From a bacterium (GTDB taxonomy: Bacteria; DRYD01): a stretch of DNA of 64,000 nt. Below are positions 58,012 to 64,000 of the stretch, piece by piece; position 1 is the stretch's first letter, and every line of letters begins with the position of its first letter. The position numbers and the translations under genes were made by a program. The notes under the pieces were generated by a model that was given only the letters and a program-made list of their open reading frames with translations, was not told the DNA's origin and ran no database searches. The stretch lies in assembly GCA_039630415.1 (NCBI GenBank), contig JBCNVB010000013.1:174492-238491 (forward strand), given 5' to 3'.

Positions 58012-60519
58012 CTATGTTTTCAGTTTTACTATTTGTTTTATGGGTTCAAAACGTATGGTAAAGAATCTAAGGAAAGGAGGTTCGTAAACTATGTTTAACC
58101 CACTTATCTCGTGTCTTATGTCATAGACGCTTTTTATTACCTGACAAGTATATTCCATATGTTCTTTGGAGTAAACTCTTCTGGGAATAGTGATTCTGAC
58201 GAGTTCTAGTTCTGGATATTTGTGTTTACCTGTTTTTGGATCTCTACCTGCTGAAACTATTCCTCTTTCCATGGTTCTTACGCCACCGTATAGGTATATG
58301 TAAGCTGCGAGTGTTTGGGCCGGAAACTCATCTTGAGGAATGTGCTCCAGGAATCTTTTGGCATCCAAGTAAATTGCGTGTCCTCCAATGGGTTCAACGA
58401 TGGGTATATTGTTTTGTTTTAGCAAATTACCTAGATATCTGACTTGCTCAATTCTGTTTTTTAGATAATAAAAGTCGGTCATTTCTAATATTCCCTGTGC
58501 TAGCATAGCTATATCTCTTGGGGCTAAACCACCGTTGTAATATTCTCCTTCGAATATGTTAAGCATCTTTACCATTTGTTTGTATAATTCTTGAGACCTA
58601 ACAAGTATCAATCCACTTATGTTGGTTAGGGGGTCTTTTTTAGCTGATATAGTTGCTGCATCCGCTAAACTCATGATTTCTCTAATTATCTCTTTAATGG
58701 ATTTATCTTGGTACCCTTGTTCTCTTTCTTTGATAAAGAAAGCATTTTCTGCTATTCTAGTAGCATCGAGTACAAGAGGGATACCGAAATGATCACATAT
58801 TTTTCTGATTTGTTTGAGATTATCTAGTGATACTGGTTGTCCACCTGCCATATTAACATTGTTTTCAACGCAAACATATGCTATCTTTTCTTTTCCATTC
58901 TTCTCTATAAAGTCAACCAATCTATCTACATCTATATTACCCTTAAATGGATGGTACACTTCCGGTTTGTAAGCTTCTTCGATTATCAGATCTACAAAGA
59001 TTCCTTTTGCATACTCTTGATGGAATCTAGTAGTAGTAAAGTACATATTATTGATAACATATTGAGAAGGTTTTATCATTGTCTGAGATAGTATATGTTC
59101 AGCTGCTCTACCTTGATGTGTAGGTAAAAAGTATTCAAACCCGAAGACTTCCTGTATAGAATCTCTCAACAAATTGTAAGCTCTTTTTTGATCATAAAGA
59201 ATAGCTTTACTCCATTGTTCATCACTTATACTACTTGTTCCACTATCGGTTAGAAAATCTATGTAAACTTCACTAGCTGGAATCAGAAAAGTGTTATACC
59301 CAGCTTCTTTTAGTACTTGTTCTCTTCTTTCAAAAGAGAAAAGCTGTATTATTTCTATACCCTTAAAGTTATGTGATACGTATTGTCTTGGATCTATTAT
59401 GTTAGTTATATTAGGATCACTTAGATATCTTTCAAACGTGTCTAAGAAAAGTTCTAGATTTTGCTTTTGATATCTTCTTGAAGGTAGAAAAATAAAAAGA
59501 TGATTGTCCAGATTATATCCTCTGACTTGGCCTATAATAAATAGAGTATTGTTTATATTAGGATCTTTGTGGGATATATAAAAATAATGTGGAGTATAGC
59601 TATCTGTTAGTTTAAAGTTTGAATGTTTACTTGAAAGATGCTTTAGATTATTGTATAGAAAGCCCATAGAATTGAATTTGTATTCCCACATTTGTTGATT
59701 TTGAGCTTCTATTAAACCTGCATTTATTACTTCCATATCTCTACCTGCTAGGCCACCGTAAGTATGAAGTCCTTCAAATGCCACTACCCACTCCGTAAGA
59801 TACTCATAATACTTAAAATCATTTGTAACTAAAATTGCACCATTATTGCACATTAAATCAAAACAGGCATCGATTACTATAACATCAAAAAGTTTGCTTA
59901 AGTGTTTTATTTTATTTAAATCTGCTCTGGTTAGAGAGAATATACTTGAAAAGTCACCTATCATTAGTGCTGATCTGTCTCTTATGTTCTCAACAAGCTT
60001 AGTTATATCGCCGTATCCAAAAATTTCTACAGAATTGAGCATTAGTATAGATATCAGATTATTCTGATTTTGAGATCCGTTTGACAAAGAATTGTTTGCA
60101 TTTGTACTATAAGGTATTTTATAATAGTTGATTAAGTTTGTAAGATGGAAGTGTTCAAAAGGATTATAAAAAAATATTGCTAGTTGATGGTTTGGATATT
60201 TTTCAAAGGTTTTAATAACTAAATTCCAAGCTCCTTTAATATTATGGCAAGGTAGAACATAATCTTTTTCGAAGATGTCTTTTACTATTTTATTCATCTT
60301 GATAAAGTTCTCACTGCCAGCGTAGGATTCGTCACCTAAAAATAACGAAGAGTACTGATTTTCACTTAGAGCGTTTAAATCTATCCTCGATAAATCTGTC
60401 CATACGTACTCTTCCTCTATTAAATTTGCATCATTCATGTTTTTTTGGAGAATTAATTTCCTTTGTGAAAGATCTAAATACTGGGGGAAATAAATTATTT
60501 TTCCCTTGTATGGTTGCAT
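58012..60519 (-). CDS. tpl: Tyrosine phenol-lyase, tandem double-domain fusion (~835 aa)
   Basis: C-half has AGYNTF, DFLTDSGT, THQGRAAE, NMYFTTTR, DATR, SAKKD, MERG..SAGR and LRFFT (TPL-type rather than tryptophanase-type); N-half is a diverged second copy. AAGGAG RBS before the ATG at 60519. Confidence 0.9.
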   Translation of the reverse strand: MQPYKGKIIYFPQYLDLSQRKLILQKNMNDANLIEEEYVWTDLSRIDLNALSENQYSSLFLGDESYAGSENFIKMNKIVKDIFEKDYVLPCHNIKGAWNLVIKTFEKYPNHQLAIFFYNPFEHFHLTNLINYYKIPYSTNANNSLSNGSQNQNNLISILMLNSVEIFGYGDITKLVENIRDRSALMIGDFSSIFSLTRADLNKIKHLSKLFDVIVIDACFDLMCNNGAILVTNDFKYYEYLTEWVVAFEGLHTYGGLAGRDMEVINAGLIEAQNQQMWEYKFNSMGFLYNNLKHLSSKHSNFKLTDSYTPHYFYISHKDPNINNTLFIIGQVRGYNLDNHLFIFLPSRRYQKQNLELFLDTFERYLSDPNITNIIDPRQYVSHNFKGIEIIQLFSFERREQVLKEAGYNTFLIPASEVYIDFLTDSGTSSISDEQWSKAILYDQKRAYNLLRDSIQEVFGFEYFLPTHQGRAAEHILSQTMIKPSQYVINNMYFTTTRFHQEYAKGIFVDLIIEEAYKPEVYHPFKGNIDVDRLVDFIEKNGKEKIAYVCVENNVNMAGGQPVSLDNLKQIRKICDHFGIPLVLDATRIAENAFFIKEREQGYQDKSIKEIIREIMSLADAATISAKKDPLTNISGLILVRSQELYKQMVKMLNIFEGEYYNGGLAPRDIAMLAQGILEMTDFYYLKNRIEQVRYLGNLLKQNNIPIVEPIGGHAIYLDAKRFLEHIPQDEFPAQTLAAYIYLYGGVRTMERGIVSAGRDPKTGKHKYPELELVRITIPRRVYSKEHMEYTCQVIKSVYDIRHEISGLNIVYEPPFLRFFTIRFEPIKQIVKLKT

Positions 60520-60619
60520 TTGAGTACTCCTTTCTCTTTTTGCTATAGATAGTATTAACAAAAATACGTTTTACTCCTCTTTCGGAAGGTTTGAGATCAA
60601 CTTACAGAAATTATATAAA

Positions 60620-61075
60620 TTGAGCATGCTGATAGCCTTCTATATCATTTTGATAGGGTTACTTATTCTTGCAGATCAACTAAGCAAAAAAATAATTTTG
60701 GAAGGGTTTAGGTTTAAGTGGAATTGGTTTGAAATAATACTGGTATATAATGAAGGTAGCGCTTTTGGTATTAAATTACTTAAAAACAACGAATATATTC
60801 TAGTTAACTCTTTCATCCTTCTTATTCTTCTTATATTTACCCTTTTCAAAGCTCGTAATAACAAATTCGCAAATTATTATTACACTTCTTTCTCTTTCAT
60901 AGCTGCAGGGGGAATAGGAAATCTAATAGATAGAATTATACACGGAAAAGTAGTTGACTTTATAGCTGTATACCATTTCCCTGTTTTTAATCTCGCTGAT
61001 AGCTTTATAACCATAGGTTCAAGTTTGTTAATACTAATCATGCTAATAGACAAACAGTCAAAAACTGGTAAATAA
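60620..61075 (+). CDS. lspA: Lipoprotein signal peptidase II
   Basis: DQLSK, N.GSAFG, GGIGNLIDR, VVDF and FNLAD. Confidence 0.96.
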   Translation: MSMLIAFYIILIGLLILADQLSKKIILEGFRFKWNWFEIILVYNEGSAFGIKLLKNNEYILVNSFILLILLIFTLFKARNNKFANYYYTSFSFIAAGGIGNLIDRIIHGKVVDFIAVYHFPVFNLADSFITIGSSLLILIMLIDKQSKTGK

Positions 61076-61085
61076 ATCAATAAGA

Positions 61086-63104
61086 ATGTTCAAAGTAGAG
61101 AGTAGTTTTGAGATAACAAAGGCTCAAAAACAAGCTGTTGAACAAATAGTTGAAAGTCTGAAGAAAAATAAATTTACCACTTTGTTAGGGGTAACTGGAT
61201 CAGGTAAAACATTTGTAATGGCAAAGGTTATAGAAAGGCTTCAGAAACCAACACTTGTTATTTCTCATAATAAAGTTCTTGCTTCCCAACTATTTGGAGA
61301 ATTCAAAAATTTTTTCCCTAATAACCAAGTGGAGTACTTCATTAGTTACTATGACTTTTATCGCCCTGAAGCTTATATACCTCAGCAGGACATATACTTG
61401 GAAAAAGAGGCTGTTATAAACATGGTAATAGATAAATTAAGGCATAGAGCTACGCAGGCGGCAATATCTAACCCGTACTGTATTGTAGTTGCAAGCGTAT
61501 CGTGTATATACAATCTCGGATCTCCTGAAGAGTATCAACGCTCTTTCATTAATCTCTATAAAGGTCAAAAAATAAATATAACCGACTTTACAAGAAAATT
61601 AGTAAGCATATATTACGAAAATAACGAAAATGATTTTAAGCAGGGATGTTTTAAGCTAAGAGGATCGACTGTATATGTTTTCCCTTCAGGTGAAGATAAT
61701 ATCCTAAGAGTAGATATCGAGGAAGATGTGGTATCTAACTTATATATTGTTGAAAATACAAGTTTTAAGAAAATAACTGAAGTAGATTTTTTTACAATAT
61801 ATCCTGCCAAACTGTTCATATCTTCATATGAGATTTTCAATCAGGCTCTGAAGGAAATAAGAGAAGATCTAGATAAAAGATATCAAGAATTGATAAGTAT
61901 GAATAAAATACTAGAAGCGGAACGTCTAAAAACCAGAGTGGAATACGACTTAGCAATGCTTGAAAAATTTGGTACCTGTCCAGGAATTGAAAACTATTCT
62001 AGATATCTTTCGGGCAGAGAACCAGGTAGTACACCCTATACTCTACTCGACTATTTTCCAAGAGATTTTGTTGTTTTTATTGACGAAAGTCATGTAACTT
62101 TACCACAAATCAGAGCCATGCAAAAATCAGATAGAAATAGAAAAGAAATACTAATAGAACATGGTTTTAGATTACCTTCTTGCCTAGACAATAGACCTTT
62201 AACTTTCGAAGAATTCCTAGAAAAAACTAATAGAATTATTTTCGTATCTGCTACACCCGGAGAGTTTGAAATTAAAAACTCTAAAATCGTAGAATTACTC
62301 GTAAGACCCAGTGGAATAGTAGATCCAGAAATAATTATCAAGCCAAATCAAAATATAACCCAACAACTCCTAGATATAGCTAAAGAAGAGATACAAAAAA
62401 ATAACAGGGTAATAATAAATGTTCTTACTCAAAAGCAGGCGGAAGACCTCAGTGAGTACTTGGTTCTAAATTCCATACCATCTTCTTATATACACTCAAG
62501 AATAAAACCACTCGAAAGAATTAGAATACTTTTCGATTTTAGAAAGGGATTGTATAATGTTTTAGTAGGTGTTAATCTTCTAAGGGAAGGATTGGATTTA
62601 CCCGAGGTTTCTACGGTTATAATTCTTGATGGAGATAAGCAAGGATTTTTAAGAAGTAAAAATAGCATAATTCAGTTGGCTGGAAGAGCTGCAAGAAACC
62701 TTACTTCAAAAGTTGTTATATTCACAGATGTTATAACCCCAGCAATTCAGCAAGCTGTTGATGAAGTAGAAAGAAGAAGAAAGTACCAAATACAGTACAA
62801 CCTTGAAAACAATATAACTCCTCGAAGTATACCTCCCAAACCAAAAGATATCCTGAAAATTATCTTCAACCTAATAGGGAAAGATAATGTACCTCAAATA
62901 ATTACTGTCCAGGATCTGGTATATCTAGAAGACGAGGATTTCATAAAATACATAGAGAAATTGAAAAATAAACAACTAGAGGAACTAAAAAGAAACTTGC
63001 AAAAACAAATGAAAGAGTTAGCGGACAAAATGGAGTTTGAACAAGCAATCATTATCCGCGAAAAATTAAAAATAATCAACGATATACAAAAAACTTCTAT
63101 CTGA
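61086..63104 (+). CDS. uvrB: Excinuclease ABC subunit B
   Basis: GVTGSGKT, SYYDFYRPEAY, GIENYSR, DESH, NLLREGLDLPEV, GRAARN and C-terminal UVR motif. Confidence 0.97.
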   Translation: MFKVESSFEITKAQKQAVEQIVESLKKNKFTTLLGVTGSGKTFVMAKVIERLQKPTLVISHNKVLASQLFGEFKNFFPNNQVEYFISYYDFYRPEAYIPQQDIYLEKEAVINMVIDKLRHRATQAAISNPYCIVVASVSCIYNLGSPEEYQRSFINLYKGQKINITDFTRKLVSIYYENNENDFKQGCFKLRGSTVYVFPSGEDNILRVDIEEDVVSNLYIVENTSFKKITEVDFFTIYPAKLFISSYEIFNQALKEIREDLDKRYQELISMNKILEAERLKTRVEYDLAMLEKFGTCPGIENYSRYLSGREPGSTPYTLLDYFPRDFVVFIDESHVTLPQIRAMQKSDRNRKEILIEHGFRLPSCLDNRPLTFEEFLEKTNRIIFVSATPGEFEIKNSKIVELLVRPSGIVDPEIIIKPNQNITQQLLDIAKEEIQKNNRVIINVLTQKQAEDLSEYLVLNSIPSSYIHSRIKPLERIRILFDFRKGLYNVLVGVNLLREGLDLPEVSTVIILDGDKQGFLRSKNSIIQLAGRAARNLTSKVVIFTDVITPAIQQAVDEVERRRKYQIQYNLENNITPRSIPPKPKDILKIIFNLIGKDNVPQIITVQDLVYLEDEDFIKYIEKLKNKQLEELKRNLQKQMKELADKMEFEQAIIIREKLKIINDIQKTSI

Positions 63105-63119
63105 AGGGAGGTCATATAA

Positions 63120-63842
63120 ATGCTAAAAAGGATTTTCATCCTCCTGATAACCATTGTATGGCTTTCAACAATTTCCTATCCATTACAATATATGGTTTTC
63201 ATGGAAGAACGTGATAATTTTGGAAGTACTATATTAACTTACGAAACAAGAGATTTGCATTCTTTCAACTTAAGTCATGAGGGATATCTAAGTCACACCA
63301 TAATTACAAACAAAAAAAACAAAACAGTAATTCTCATAAATCACTTGGAAGAAGGTTATATAATTACAACGAAACGAAAAATAGAAGCATACATGAATTC
63401 TCAATTAGTGCCTTATATGCAGGATACTCAAAGTCGATCTATTAAATATAAAGAAACCACCGAGGTAGTTAAGGTCAACGGTAAAGAAATACAGGCTCAA
63501 AAGATTACAATTCAAGGGGCAGGAACTGATCAGTTGAGTGTCTGCTATATAAAACTATCCTCTATCCTCTCAGAGTCCGAAATTAAGCTACTAATGCTTA
63601 TAAACCCCAAGAGAAATAGTAACCTTTCAATTAGAGAAGAGCTATTTTTTGGACACCTTATGAGGCATATCAAAATACCACCTAATACCATAATCGCGAA
63701 AATATCCTACACTAACCTATATGCCAAAAAGTTAATAAGAGTTAAGATTTTACCCTACTCAGAAGAGTATTACAAATACTTTACAATACCTAAAGGATAT
63801 ACGAGAAAGCAAAATATAGATCAAAGATATCTACCTATTTAA
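63120..63842 (+). CDS. Hypothetical exported protein
   Basis: GGGAGG RBS and signal-peptide-like N-terminus. Confidence 0.6.
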   Translation: MLKRIFILLITIVWLSTISYPLQYMVFMEERDNFGSTILTYETRDLHSFNLSHEGYLSHTIITNKKNKTVILINHLEEGYIITTKRKIEAYMNSQLVPYMQDTQSRSIKYKETTEVVKVNGKEIQAQKITIQGAGTDQLSVCYIKLSSILSESEIKLLMLINPKRNSNLSIREELFFGHLMRHIKIPPNTIIAKISYTNLYAKKLIRVKILPYSEEYYKYFTIPKGYTRKQNIDQRYLPI

Positions 63843-63882
63843 GGGCAATATGAAGATAAACATAAAATTGGAGGTGGTGTAT

Positions 63883-64000
63883 GTGATAAGACTGATATTG
63901 GTAGTATTTGTTTTACAGTTGTTGTTGATACCGTTGTTGTTGTCATCATGTGGTAGAAGTGGATCTCCGTTTGGGCCAATATCGATTGGCGGAGGTAGTG
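63883..64000 (+). CDS. Putative lipoprotein (3'-truncated)
   Basis: GGAGGTG RBS, GTG start, MIRLILVVFVLQLLLIPLLLSSCGRSG with lipobox LSSC; open to the window end. Confidence 0.6.
   Translation, partial: MIRLILVVFVLQLLLIPLLLSSCGRSGSPFGPISIGGGS

Noticed and set aside
60565-60600. Minus-strand CAAACCTTCCGAAAGAGG, reminiscent of the c-di-GMP-I riboswitch GNRA hairpin, upstream of tpl
   Set aside because: The stem is imperfect and the second hairpin with the tetraloop receptor is absent.

Overview
AT-rich (roughly 30% GC by eye), gene-dense bacterial chromosomal segment with no sign of phage, IS or CRISPR. The host is a diderm (LptA/OstA-, LptF/G-, PilQ- and ADP-heptose genes) with several Terrabacteria-type genes; the taxon cannot be fixed from this window. 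Positions 1-45 kb are almost all + strand: sucC, cdd, dnaG, a divergent sigma-70, eno, nadD, a PilT-like ATPase, ispG, two tandem YfhO-like glycosyltransferases, tRNA-Phe, sua5, an lpt cluster, pilMNOPQ, gcvT, a large TPR protein, roadblock-like genes, an RsbT-like kinase, uppS, plsX and menG/ubiE. Positions 45-60.5 kb are mostly - strand: bcp, tRNA-Ile, an EEP hydrolase, groESL, fabF, split hldE, a GlmU-like gene and a doubled tyrosine phenol-lyase. lspA and uvrB follow. The most striking observation is an ~835-aa tandem-duplicated tyrosine phenol-lyase. Its two halves have lost complementary active-site elements: the N-half keeps the trans-acting Tyr71 loop, and the C-half keeps the PLP lysine and cis residues, implying a single-chain pseudo-dimer with one active site. 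Other leads are two pseudoknot-like leaders, a shared TTTTACA tandem motif at three divergent promoters next to signal-less hydrolases, a sigma factor with altered region 2, and several degenerate pilus or signalling pseudo-enzymes. All family calls come from motif recognition only; no searches were run.
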